Source: Phoronis australis
Lineage: Eukaryota; Animalia; Phoronida
Assembly: GCA_002633005.1 (NCBI GenBank)
Contig: NMRA01000053.1
Span: forward strand, 590,151-654,150
Reading direction: 5' to 3'
Length of the DNA stretch: 64,000 nucleotides
Shown here: one piece after another, positions 53,079 through 60,427 of the stretch
Layout of the letters: every line of letters starts with the position of its first letter
Numbering within the stretch: position 1 is the first letter of the stretch
Notes under the pieces: model-generated
Database searches by the model: none
The model's input: the letters and a program-made list of their open reading frames with translations, nothing else
Told to the model about the DNA's origin: nothing
Translations under genes and position numbers: made by a program

Positions 53079-54784
53079 GTCATCATCATCATAACTATTA
53101 ATTGCAATCGCGTAAACCTAAAAATTATGATTTTCACGTAATTTCCACAGACAAGATTATTTTGAACTTGCAATTTTCTATTTCATTGTCTACAAAAATT
53201 TGTCAGGGATTTTAAGACCTTTTAGTCCGAGATTGCTGCTGTCAAAATTCAAGATTTTCCATCTTTTCAAGGAACACCAAAGTGTTCAATTCAGGCTCGA
53301 AGTCCTCAACAGAAAGTCTAAAACACATTTTTGTATCTAATAGAGCATGGAAAGAGAATTAAATAGTGTCACGAGAGTAACGGCATTTTCCGTGAAAAAT
53401 CACAAGATTTAAAAAACACAATCTCGCGTTAATAAACCTCTGGCCATTATTTTCATACACTTCAACCTACTGTACTTAGTTAATGAGATCAAATTTTAAA
53501 GATACATATGCGTTTGCTGTTAGGTTAAGCCCACCACAGTTTCCGTGGGCAAGTGCCATAAGCGAAAAGCCACTTTTGCAATTTTCGTCTGCAGACATAT
53601 TACAACACCTCAGCGTTCCACAGACGCAGCACGAGGACACACTGAGATTTGTCTGCTAAATTCTTGTATCTACTGATCAAAGCACAGGTTTTTTCGATTC
53701 GTGTCCAACCGTATTCTATTGAAACAGTCAGTCGGCCAAAATCAGAAATATGATGGCAAAATCTTATTGTGGCTCATTTAAAACCCCGGGGAGAGGTTAT
53801 CAAGGCAGCAATACTCAATTCATCTTAGTAACACCCCTAAGTTTCAACAGCATGCATTCTGAGCAAGGCTGCCTGGTTGTAATACAAACTTAGTCTGGAA
53901 CCTGAAAAAGCTGATACTGACTAACTAATGCCTCGTTACCGTGGCAACATTGTCACTTTGCTATGAATGTGACTTTCGTTTTCGCTAAATTTTTGCTAAA
54001 ATACGTGACCATGTCGCCCGATTTATGGCAGATTCATAAAAAGACTAAAATCAAATTCTACGCGCTTTCTAATTTCAGAAAGTGTGTTTTTACCGAGAGA
54101 ACCTAGTTTTGTTGACATTTTGACTACACACACAATGAATGATTGAGGTTTAATAATAAATTATTAAGTGGCAATGCCAATAAATGATTTGGAATCCCTC
54201 GGAGAATAATAGTGTAGTCAAGATGCCAAATTTACCACCATGTATCCAACGGCGTTTTTACCTCAAAAGGTGTAACCCTGTTGTTCGCGGTATAGTCAAA
54301 ATCCCGACACCCTATTTCAAAACTATTTCAAATTTACAAACCTTTGTCCTTTAATGATGATTCAAGCTGGTCTGCAACGTGTCTTTGGCTATCTATCTTT
54401 TTCAAATATTTGATAAGCACAACAAATGCTTGAGAACCCAGTTTTGGAAGAATAAGCAATAATTTGCGGATCTTGTCTGTATCTGTTTCTTGGTTGTCGA
54501 TTGTTTCTTTCAGATGACAAGTTATTACTTTCTTTTGCAGTAGATAGTCAAGAAGCCCTCCCTTGATGATCAGGTTGCGAGCCATAAACAACGAGTTTTC
54601 CCGCAAGGCACTCCTTTGCTCTTCGGACATCTCTTTTGACACCTCTTTTCTTGGTTGGTCTGGGGGTAATAAAGATATATATGTGAGTAGCACCAGGCCT
54701 TGGTGCTAAAAAAGATGTGATTGCTATGTGCAAAAATAAGGTACTCTAAAAGCACTTACCCCTCCCCTTCCAATATGCCATCAT
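7531..54784 (-). CDS. Multi-exon gene (24 coding exons, ~1205 aa): CARD - TRADD-N-like - coiled coil - VWA - 2x MIB/HERC2 - WWE protein
   Basis: Exons in transcription order: 54760-54784, 54342-54659, 51842-52186, 49757-50602, 49491-49573, 48981-49030, 41769-41794, 40523-40627, 39891-40034, 39699-39776, 37109-37228, 32409-32531, 31877-31951, 28311-28423, 27332-27442, 21383-21515, 19294-19409, 17188-17377, 15779-15928, 15442-15527, 12863-12933, 12040-12225, 10505-10572, 7531-7586. All introns are GT..AG and phases chain with no stop; the sum is 3618 nt = 1206 codons including TGA. The VWA-to-WWE half is very secure; the join to the CARD half relies on short linker exons. Confidence 0.72.
10505..10572 (-). 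CDS. WWE domain exon 2 (TYTIDFNKEEARHGDSVMQILRQ)
   Basis: 'Y.IDF' WWE motif; acceptor cttgtag, donor gtaaga; phase 2-1. Confidence 0.82.
12040..12225 (-). CDS. WWE domain exon 1 (VWFYLDKSNEWLMYSQETTILLDLKYKEN..EIEIDG)
   Basis: W.y.d....W..Y.......l...y pattern; acceptor tatttcag, donor gtaagt; phase 2-2. Confidence 0.85.
12863..12933 (-). CDS. MIB/HERC2 #2 C-half (VRWPNGHCNAYRCGSEGCFDLEV)
   Basis: 'V.W.nG..N.YR.G.eG.fDL' motif; acceptor tttgtag, donor gtaagt; phase 0-2. Confidence 0.92.
13056..13945. mobile_element. hAT-like non-autonomous element with 6-bp TSD
   Basis: TIRs CATAGGCGGATTTAGGA / TCCTAGATCCGCCACTG, subterminal GGCCCCCCCC tracts, and CAGAAC duplicated at both flanks. Confidence 0.8.
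14480..14860. repeat. Foldback element built of TAGTCATGACTA-like motifs
   Basis: ~65-bp inverted arms (~14556-14623 vs ~14727-14794) plus many gactaa/tagtca units. Confidence 0.65.
15442..15527 (-). CDS. MIB/HERC2 #2 core (GPDWKWGNQDGGAGEVGTV)
   Basis: Canonical RGPDW.W..QDGG.G..GTV signature; acceptor ttctttcag, donor gtaagt. Confidence 0.95.
15779..15928 (-). CDS. Exon with C-half of MIB/HERC2 #1 and start of #2 (ITVEWD..RRYDFG..FDI..VGIKVKRG)
   Basis: 'V.WD.G...Y.fG....D' motif; acceptor tttatag, donor gtgagt; phase 1-1. Confidence 0.9.
16059..16233. mobile_element. Short MITE
   Basis: TIR aattgacctatcgc / gcaataggtcaatt. Confidence 0.6.
17188..17377 (-). CDS. Exon with N-half of first (degenerate) MIB/HERC2 domain (LPLGSRVV..GTGTVVKH)
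   Basis: 'LP.G.RV..G.GTV..H' pattern; acceptor ctattcacag, donor gtttgt; phase 0-1. Confidence 0.85.
19294..19409 (-). CDS. Helical linker exon (DKANILDLVPDKLSFKNWL..DPVEL), phase 1-0
   Basis: Acceptor tgcttcag, donor gtaaga; the only exon found that bridges phase 1 to 0 here. Confidence 0.75.
19632..19934. mobile_element. Kolobok-like MITE with TTAA TSD
   Basis: TTAA|AGGCGAAGGCAACC ... GGTTGCCTTTGCCT|TTAA (14-bp TIR, one mismatch). Confidence 0.8.
21383..21515 (-). CDS. VWA domain exon 6 (SFLKSLAQNGNGVY..)
   Basis: 'FL..LA..G.G.Y' VWA C-terminal motif; acceptor ttttattttaag, donor gtaggt; phase 0-1. Confidence 0.85.
22400..24250 (+). mobile_element. Diverged copy of the same Academ-derived element
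   Basis: Shares blocks with 46300-48400, e.g. gaacc.tttgtatgcaagct (23434/47534), acatattcaggttgaaatc, cctcctaatc and taacttcaaatgaacaaa; boundaries approximate. Confidence 0.65.
22559..22621. repeat. (TG)n(TA)n microsatellite
   Basis: Directly visible. Confidence 0.97.
24640..26130 (+). pseudogene. Decayed Ty3/gypsy LTR-retrotransposon gag-pol fragment
   Basis: Zn knuckle CPAKGKTCGICGRLNNFIHKC, protease remnant (YSGASTNVL), RT motifs (MRAVNKAIIRERHTIPT.., RYKRLNFG.., NISDDI) and RNase H start (LTDGSP), in PR-RT-RH order; many frameshifts and stops. Confidence 0.9.
27332..27442 (-). CDS. VWA domain exon 5 (ARMRVMSAV..RIDIVACGADYEQ)
   Basis: Helix plus beta-E 'I.hh..G'; acceptor ttccacgcag, donor gtaaaa; phase 0-0. 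Confidence 0.82.
28311..28423 (-). CDS. VWA domain exon 4 (RIVVFSDGYP, MIDAS Asp)
   Basis: 'hhhhSDG.P' motif; acceptor cgttttag, donor gtacgt; phase 1-0. Confidence 0.88.
30313..30723 (-). mobile_element. THAP-domain DNA transposon 5' remnant (Kolobok-like terminus)
   Basis: MVWCIVPAC..W..RVCGRHF..DF is a C2CH THAP signature. It lies ~165 bp inside a TTAA|AGG terminus (plus strand cattctcctttaa at ~30711-30723); no transposase downstream. Confidence 0.7.
31877..31951 (-). CDS. VWA domain exon 3 (DILSQGGGTPMVEALTEAQKEV, MIDAS Thr)
   Basis: GGGTP..AL..A motif; acceptor aacttccag, donor gtttgt; phase 1-1. Confidence 0.88.
32409..32531 (-). CDS. VWA domain exon 2 (LKENVGIVTFGG..LQSLTCNY)
   Basis: VWA beta-B/C pattern 'V.IVTF'; acceptor cgttccag, donor gtaaga; phase 1-1. 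Confidence 0.88.
33719..36897. mobile_element. Non-autonomous Academ-like TIR element (~3.2 kb)
   Basis: Left end tagtccacg..cagcca..agcggcaaggtgggggtca is the inverted match of right end tgaccccccgccttgccgct..tggctg..cgtggactga; TAC flanks both sides. Confidence 0.6.
37109..37228 (-). CDS. VWA domain exon 1 (TVFCIDCSDSMG, MIDAS DxSxS)
   Basis: Beta strand plus D-C-S-D-S motif, then helix GFKHVRQAFRTLV; acceptor tttttcaag, donor gtaagt. Confidence 0.9.
39699..39776 (-). CDS. Linker exon (GQVDNGKVMMNALINTLTQIYTNKRF), phase 1-1
   Basis: Acceptor gccttag, donor gtaaat, 78 nt open. Confidence 0.62.
39891..40034 (-). CDS. Linker exon (DTAPNVLLDEIKATDFKNDEENNDGGAAYAHVPQDAGAKAKAGQLSKQ), phase 1-1
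   Basis: Acceptor aattacag, donor gtactt, 144 nt open. Confidence 0.72.
40523..40627 (-). CDS. Linker exon (VPASKVWQDGIKPEFKIDEENNDGGAAKALINKSL), phase 1-1
   Basis: Acceptor cattacag, donor gtaaat, 105 nt open; paralogous to the two following exons. Confidence 0.6.
40790..41580. repeat. Interspersed repeat copy 2 (tRNA-like segment on minus strand plus partial palindrome)
   Basis: Same-orientation match to 2856-3600; minus-strand A/B-box-like TGGTACGGTGG..GGTTCGAACCC at ~40925-40873. Confidence 0.85.
41769..41794 (-). CDS. 26-nt micro-exon (NGSIPQDKE), phase 2-1
   Basis: Acceptor tttcttttccag, donor gtaaaa; restores frame between 48981 and 40627. Confidence 0.55.
43306..45793 (-). mobile_element. 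Academ-like DNA transposon, internally deleted and decayed
   Basis: Termini TAGTCAGGTTT.../...AAACCTGACTA with long imperfect TIRs (~43306-43700 vs ~45400-45793) and 3-bp TSD TAC on both sides. Minus-strand remnants VFDTHKDNSLKQATRERR and EMVRCQCK..RCSCR..NL..TDVC..C.N resemble Academ transposase and its Cys-rich C-terminus. Confidence 0.8.
46300..48622 (+). mobile_element. Academ-derived element remnant (second family), 3' end ...GGACTA
   Basis: Remnant EPFVCKLY..VNKARY.IF..LPPNRDCLLLQAKRSNY..*..PSPAGNGW..LAPENVM..KCK..GCSTKICSC at 47530-47910; left boundary uncertain. Confidence 0.7.
48981..49030 (-). CDS. Linker exon (DGTGLTSKTEDDRIYS), phase 0-2
   Basis: Acceptor tgtatcacag, donor gtaagt; only phase 0 is open. 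Confidence 0.68.
49491..49573 (-). CDS. Linker exon (EQHEANDNEYIVLPPSANRGDVITTNYY), phase 1-0
   Basis: Acceptor tttaattttcag, donor gtaagt; the open frame bridges the phases of its neighbours. Confidence 0.7.
49757..50602 (-). CDS. Long coiled-coil exon (282 codons, phase 1-1)
   Basis: 846 nt open frame, E/K/L/Q-rich with heptad-like periodicity (ELENQVIEHEKSKSKLQQEL.., KLIAENKNLKERVSELESKL). Acceptor cactttcag, donor gtgagt. Confidence 0.88.
51842..52186 (-). CDS. TRADD-N-like domain exon (phase 1-1)
   Basis: TVTSLREGSIIFTLQFSSVCQLDEYW..followed by helices; resembles the 'v.egSi.f.l.f.s...l..lw' signature of TRADD-like N-terminal domains found with death-fold domains in invertebrates. Acceptor ttcttttcag, donor gtgaga, 345 nt. 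Confidence 0.65.
52855..53095. repeat. Compound trinucleotide microsatellite (GTC/CAC/CAT)n
   Basis: Directly visible; it explains the poly-Met/Val and poly-Ile/Thr ORFs. Confidence 0.97.
54342..54659 (-). CDS. CARD-domain exon, proximal copy (phase 1-1)
   Basis: MSEEQRSALRENSLFMARNL..GLLDYLLQKKVIT..KETIDNQETDTDKIRKLLLILPKLGSQAFVVLIKYL..QRHVADQLE; acceptor ccccag, donor gtttgt, 318 nt. Confidence 0.88.
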
Positions 54785-54821
54785 AATTTCCACAATAATG
54801 AGGAAAATATACAGAAATAAT
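54760..54821 (-). CDS. Small exon probably carrying the start codon (MMAYWKGR, ATG at 54784)
   Basis: Strong acceptor ttttctttcag and donor gtaagt. The ATG is in frame (phase 1) with the CARD exon 54342-54659. Confidence 0.5.
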
Positions 54822-57249
54822 CTGAAAGAAAATTCAAGACAAAATAATAGTTTTATTGGAGATTTCCTATGCGTGCCATTTTTCAGTTAATTATGGAGAA
54901 AGGGCAAGAATTCAAAAATAAGAGTTGGCGAATGGTGTCACTGGATGCAGACACTGAATAAGCTGTTCACATCTACTGCAGAATCCAGCGCAATGACGAT
55001 GACGCCGTCTGAATTGGCAGCATCGATTCTCGATAACCAGTTTTATGCTGCCTTTACAAGCTTTTAAGTTGTTTCTGAAGGTTTGGCCGGAATAGATTCG
55101 TCGTTAGCCTATTAATCGCTCTTGAAATCCTATTACAGTACTTGTTCGGCTGCGGAGCACCATTGTGCAAATAAAGTGAACGCGTTACTTGTTGCTTTGG
55201 CGTTTCTCGCAGGTAGGCATCTCTTTGAATATTTTTTGTTGGTAGAGTTGCCTGATATTTACATACTGTTGTCTCAGATACCACAGAAACGTTAGTTACA
55301 TGGCGCTGTGTTGCATGCCATTTATTCTCAACAATTGGTCATCGACGCCGATTTTCTGAAAGTCAAGGCACGATTTTCTAATAAAAACTGTTACGGACTC
55401 CCATCTATTGGCTGTTGCATAAACCACAGTTGAAGTTACTGTATAACTATAGGTGGCGCGCTAGTCGCCGCGCATGTGCAACCCCATTTTTCTTTGGTGA
55501 CGAATTTTGAACTGAGACGTGTTTCTTGTTCGTTCCCATGTCATCCCACACAATTTCGTGTGTCATTAACAAAAACTGTAAAGCTGTATTTCACCCTCTT
55601 TATCTGGCTGAAAACAAAACTCAAGTTAAGCTCGGTGTTATAAGACGTGCTATATTTGCAGTCGATTTGCATTGAAAGTTTTTGTGACTTCTTGTAGGAG
55701 TCAATCGTTCTGCTATCAAATGGTCTTTTCTGAATCTACTTTTCAGTGTACATAACATTGTTCTCTTAACATCTTCCTTCCAAGCGTGAGTGTCCACTTT
55801 ATGATTTTTTCATCAAAATGCACTGAGTGTACATTCAATGTTACCATGGTCATCTCCGCCGTCGTGGTGGTCGTGGTGGTCGCCGCCGTCATCACCAAAA
55901 CTATTATTTGCACGAAATGAATTTTCAGATGCTTGTAATCACGTAAACTTAAAAATTATGGCTTTCACGTAACTTTCACAGACCAGAATATTTCGAAAAT
56001 TTGAACTTGCAACTTTGTAATTTTGTTTCCTACAACTTGTCAATACTTTCAAATACTTTAGAGATTGCTGGTGTCAAAATTCAAAACTTTACACCCCTTC
56101 AAAGAACATTGGAATATCCGTCTTGAGGACAGTCGTTTTCTCAGGCTCAAGTCCTTAATAAAATTTTTGTACCTAATGGAACAAGCAAGCAAAATGAGCA
56201 AGTGTCACGGGAGTGGCGGCATTCTTCGTGAAAATCACAAGACTTAAAAAACTCGATCACGTGATAATAAACCTCTGCCCGTCATTTTCATACACATCGG
56301 CCAACTGCACTCAGACACTGAGATCAACACGAATTCTAATGATACACATGCAATTACTGTGGATAGTTTCAACAACTGAGATTAGGTCACGCCCACCATA
56401 GTTTCCGTTGATAGGTTCCACAAGTGCAAGGCCACTTTTGCAGAAGTCCTCCCCAAACATATTAGAACAACGGTCCAGCGTTCCGCAGGCGCACCACTAG
56501 AACACCCTGAGCTTTAATCGTAAAATTCGTGTATCTACTGAACACAGCACTGTAAGGCTTTTCCGATTTGTTTCCCATGATATTTCACTGAAATTGTTAC
56601 GGTCAGTAGGCCAAAATCAGAAATTTTAAATGTAATATCAAATACACGTTAGAAGCCCGCAATCATGGTCAAATCGTATTGTTGCTCGCCCGTGAGACCT
56701 AGGGGAGTGGTTGTCAAGTCAGGGATACTCATTTCCTCTAAGTAACACCTTTAAGTTTCAATAGACGCAGCATGCATTCTGAGCAATGCTGCCTGCTCAT
56801 AAAACAAACATAATCTCGAAACTGAAAGTTCTGATAATGACTAACTAGTGCAACATTGTCCCTTTGCTATCAATGTGACTTTCGTTTTCGCTAAATTTTG
56901 TCACATTAATAAAAAGTCTAAGATCAAATTCTACGCGCTTTCTCCTTTCAGAAAATATGTACTATTACCGAGTTAGAGCCTAGTTTTGTAGACATCTTGA
57001 CTGCATACACAGACTTGTCGTTGAAGTCCTACATAACCTAAACAATGAATGATAGATGTTTAATAATTAATTATTAAGTAGTATTATCAATTAATGATCT
57101 GAAATCCCTCAGACCATAATAGTGTAGCTAAGATGACAAATTTACCACCATGTATCCGACGGCGTCTTTTCCTTAAAATGTGCAACCTTTGCTGTTTGCG
57201 GCATAATAAAGTCTCAGCGCCCTGTTGCAAAACTATTATGTTTACAAAC

Positions 57250-57570
57250 CTTGATCGTTTAAGGATGGTTCAAGCTGGTCTGCAACGTGTCGTTGACAAT
57301 TTCTCATTTTCAAATATTTGATAAGCACAGCAAATGCTCGAGAACCCCGTCTTGGAAGATCGTCCAATAACTCGCAGATTTTATTCTTATCTGTTTTTTG
57401 GGCGTGGATTCTTTCTTTCAGATCACAAGTTATTACTTTCTTTTCCAGTAGATAGTCAAGAAGATCTCCCTCCTCAACAACCAGGTTGTGAATCATAAAG
57501 GTCCGATTTTCCAGCAAGGCATTCCTTTGCTCTTTGGACATCTCTTTTGACATCTGTTGTGGTGGTTGGA
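57250..57570 (-). CDS. CARD-domain exon, distal duplicate copy (phase 1-1)
   Basis: MSKEQRNALLENRTFMIHNL..DLLDYLLEKKVIT..KERIHAQKTDKNKICELLDDLPRRGSRAFAVLIKYL..QRHVADQLE fits the six-helix CARD pattern (LLD.LP.RG..AF..L...L). Acceptor ttacttccag, donor gtttgt, 321 nt. Confidence 0.85.
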
Positions 57571-59569
57571 CTGGAAGTAATAACCATACAAGTGTGGGGT
57601 AGTACCAGGTTTCTGCATGTAAAGGACATGTGAGCGTTAAACTAAAAAAGATTTCCAATCTCCACAATAATGAGGAAAAATATACAGAAAGAAACTGAAA
57701 GCAAAATTCAAGACAAAATACTAGTTTAATTGGAAACTCATTACATGTTCCGCGTTCCAGTGAAAATGGAAAAATGGCAAGAGTTCAAAAATAAGAGTTA
57801 CAGAAGAATATCCCTGTGTGCAGAAACTCAAGAAGATTGTCACAACGGTCGCATAGTCCCGTGCAACGACGCCGAAGCCGTCCGAATTGACGTCGATTCT
57901 CGATAGCCAGATTTGTGCTGCCCTGGTGAGCTTTTAGGTAGTTTCTGAAGGTTTAGTCAGATTTGATCCGTCTTTAGCCTTAATTGTTCTCGAACTCCTG
58001 CCACAGTACCTGTTGGGCACCGGTTGTTAATATATAACGAACGCGTTACTTGTTGTCTTGGCGTTTCTCTTGCTTGGGCATTTCTTTGAATGTTTTTTTT
58101 TTTTGTAGATAGAGTTGCCAGATTTTTACATATTTTTCTCACAGATATCACAAAAACGTTGGGTACTTGTCGCTGTGTTCCACCATTTTTATTTTAACCA
58201 CTTGGTCACCAACGCTGATTTTCAGAAAGTCCAGGCAACATTTTCTAATGCAAAATCAAAATTTGTATTTTGCCCTCTATATCTGGCTGAAACAAAAACT
58301 TGAGTTAGACTTGGTGTTCAACGATTCTTTACCACGATAGGATTCCATTTCCTTTTCCAGCAAGAACATCAAAACCATCAGCAAATAATAAAAAAACACG
58401 CTTCAGAGATTTTTGTGGTAGCCTAACTATGAATATTCGTGTTGCCCGTGACTTGAATTGGTAATGGAATGGAATCCTATAAAATTTTGAAACGTTATGA
58501 GATCAATTTTCTGATTTCATTTTTTCGTCAACTAAACAGGGCAAAGTGCAGGGAAACGTTCAGTAAGAGTTTCTCTCTGCGAGAAAGTTATTGAGCTTGA
58601 CCCATATTTAAACTAGAGAATTGATATCCGTGTGCATTCATCAACAGTCAACTGATTGTTCAAAGATCTAATTCAATTCTAACCCAGATTAAATCACTTT
58701 TCCTCTATTTTTCTTTCTTGATTAAGAGCAAGAGGGGTGTCAACACAAAAAATAAAAACAACAATAAGATATTACGTATGGACCAAAATGTTGTAATTTG
58801 CGATACTCAAACACAATCTCAAAAAAGTACTTACGCAGACGTTTGAAACTCACAAAATATGGAAATGTAATTCAACCTATTAACACACTGACGTCATGCA
58901 ACGAAGAAATTGGTTTGAAATTCAGTCACTATTTAAGTTAATTTGTCTTTTCAGTAACCTGTATGAATCTTGCATATATGCCAGAGATACACCTGTCTGT
59001 AATGGGAAGCAGATTCCGAGACTCACACACTGCTTTGTGGATGTGTACAAGGAAAATCCCTCACACCAAGTATCAAAATTCAAGGAAAATTTAAAATTGT
59101 ATCAAACACCCAATAGCGTCTCTAACCCCTTTGAAAAATCATGAAACGCTGTTAACCATTTTATTTCAGTCAAAAAGTAGGATAGTGTTTCAAGTTTTTT
59201 TGAATCGAGAGATGACTTTGTATGCAAAATGAATTGTCACTCAAGTCACACAAAATGCCCCTAAAGAAATAGAAAATTTAAAAAAGCGTACGTACAAAGA
59301 ACTTTTGAGGTTTTAGACAGAGTATAATAATTTTATAAAACAAAATCTAGGTACAAAGCACTTACTTTGGGAAATAATCGAGGAATTTTGAATTTTAAAG
59401 AAAAAAATAACGATTATTTGGCTTCCCGTCACGTGATGTCATTAGTCGTAGACGTTCATCTGTTGACAGTAAATATGTAATGGTGGATAGTTATGCTTGT
59501 GTAAGAGAGAGCAAGCTTGACAATTGCTGTGAAGACAGGCACGGAGATGAGGATGAAGACGACACTTAC

Positions 59570-59660
59570 GTCATAGGTGAAACAGTTAATGAGTTATACT
59601 TGGCCGCATCGACCGACTTTGGCGAGTGAAGCCGAGTCGGAGCCCAATCAGTCTGCAGAC
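59570..59660 (-). promoter_or_regulatory. Possible promoter and non-coding first exon of the CARD-VWA gene
   Basis: Strong minus-strand donor gtaagt at 59569-59564, locally CpG-richer sequence, and CCAAT at 59644-59648; it lies between the CARD region and the upstream exon repeat. Confidence 0.25.
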
Positions 59661-60427
59661 AGTCTTGATTTCAGACTGGTAACTAAAGCCTTTCACTGAA
59701 TCACGGTATAATTTTCTAACCACTTTAGTGTCGAGTAAGTTTTTAACCGAACTGTCTAAGCTCACTCGTGAATAGCGGACACTGATTTCATTTCTTCGAA
59801 TGACGATTGCGTTTGTGAGGAACAATTATATCTAATTGTAGTGGTGCTACCTGGATATTACTTCTGGTAAATGATACTCGTTTCTCTCTTATATGTTACA
59901 AAATCATGATTATTTTGGTCCAGTGTCCGTCTCCAACCTCTGAGTCGGATGCTGTCGTGATCTCAAACTATTTGCGTGTAATCTCAATCCCATTTTCTAA
60001 TATTGGGCATTGATGTATATGTGGATTGCACACATTCCTACAAATTGTTAAACAATAATTAAGTGATGCAAAGGTACTGCAATCACATTCATTGTCTCAG
60101 TCATTATTTGATGCTGACAACCACGTTCCCAGCAATAGATCTCCATGAAATGCCCCTACACGTTGGAGAAACCTTCGTCAAATCTTCGTTTCTGCGACAG
60201 ATCGAAGCACGGTTCTTCATGATGGGTTGAGCACAGCGTGGTTCCCAAACTTTTCGCTTGCTCCACCAACTCACGAACCCGTGCCGTTTCTAGGCGATAA
60301 TAGGGTCATTTGGAAACGCAAAAGCTGAAATTTCGTCTATCCGACTGCTGTTACTGCATCCTCTGTACACTGCATATTTCCATAATACTCAATCGAACTC
60401 AGTTTTTGAGACCACTTCGGCTCGCGG

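Larger units (their letters stand above)
52850..58315. repeat. ~3 kb tandem segmental duplication containing the CARD exon (~52850-55640 vs ~55850-58315)
   Basis: Collinear shared blocks, e.g. cagcatgcattctgagcaa (53848/56768), aatgtgactttcgttttcgctaaattttg (53966/56872), aaatttaccaccatgtatcc (54228/57138), aaaattcaagacaaaata (54829/57703), tatctggctgaaa (55600/58279). Confidence 0.92.

Noticed and set aside
52823-53173. Poly-Met/Val and poly-Ile/Thr ORFs
   Set aside because: Translation of a trinucleotide microsatellite.
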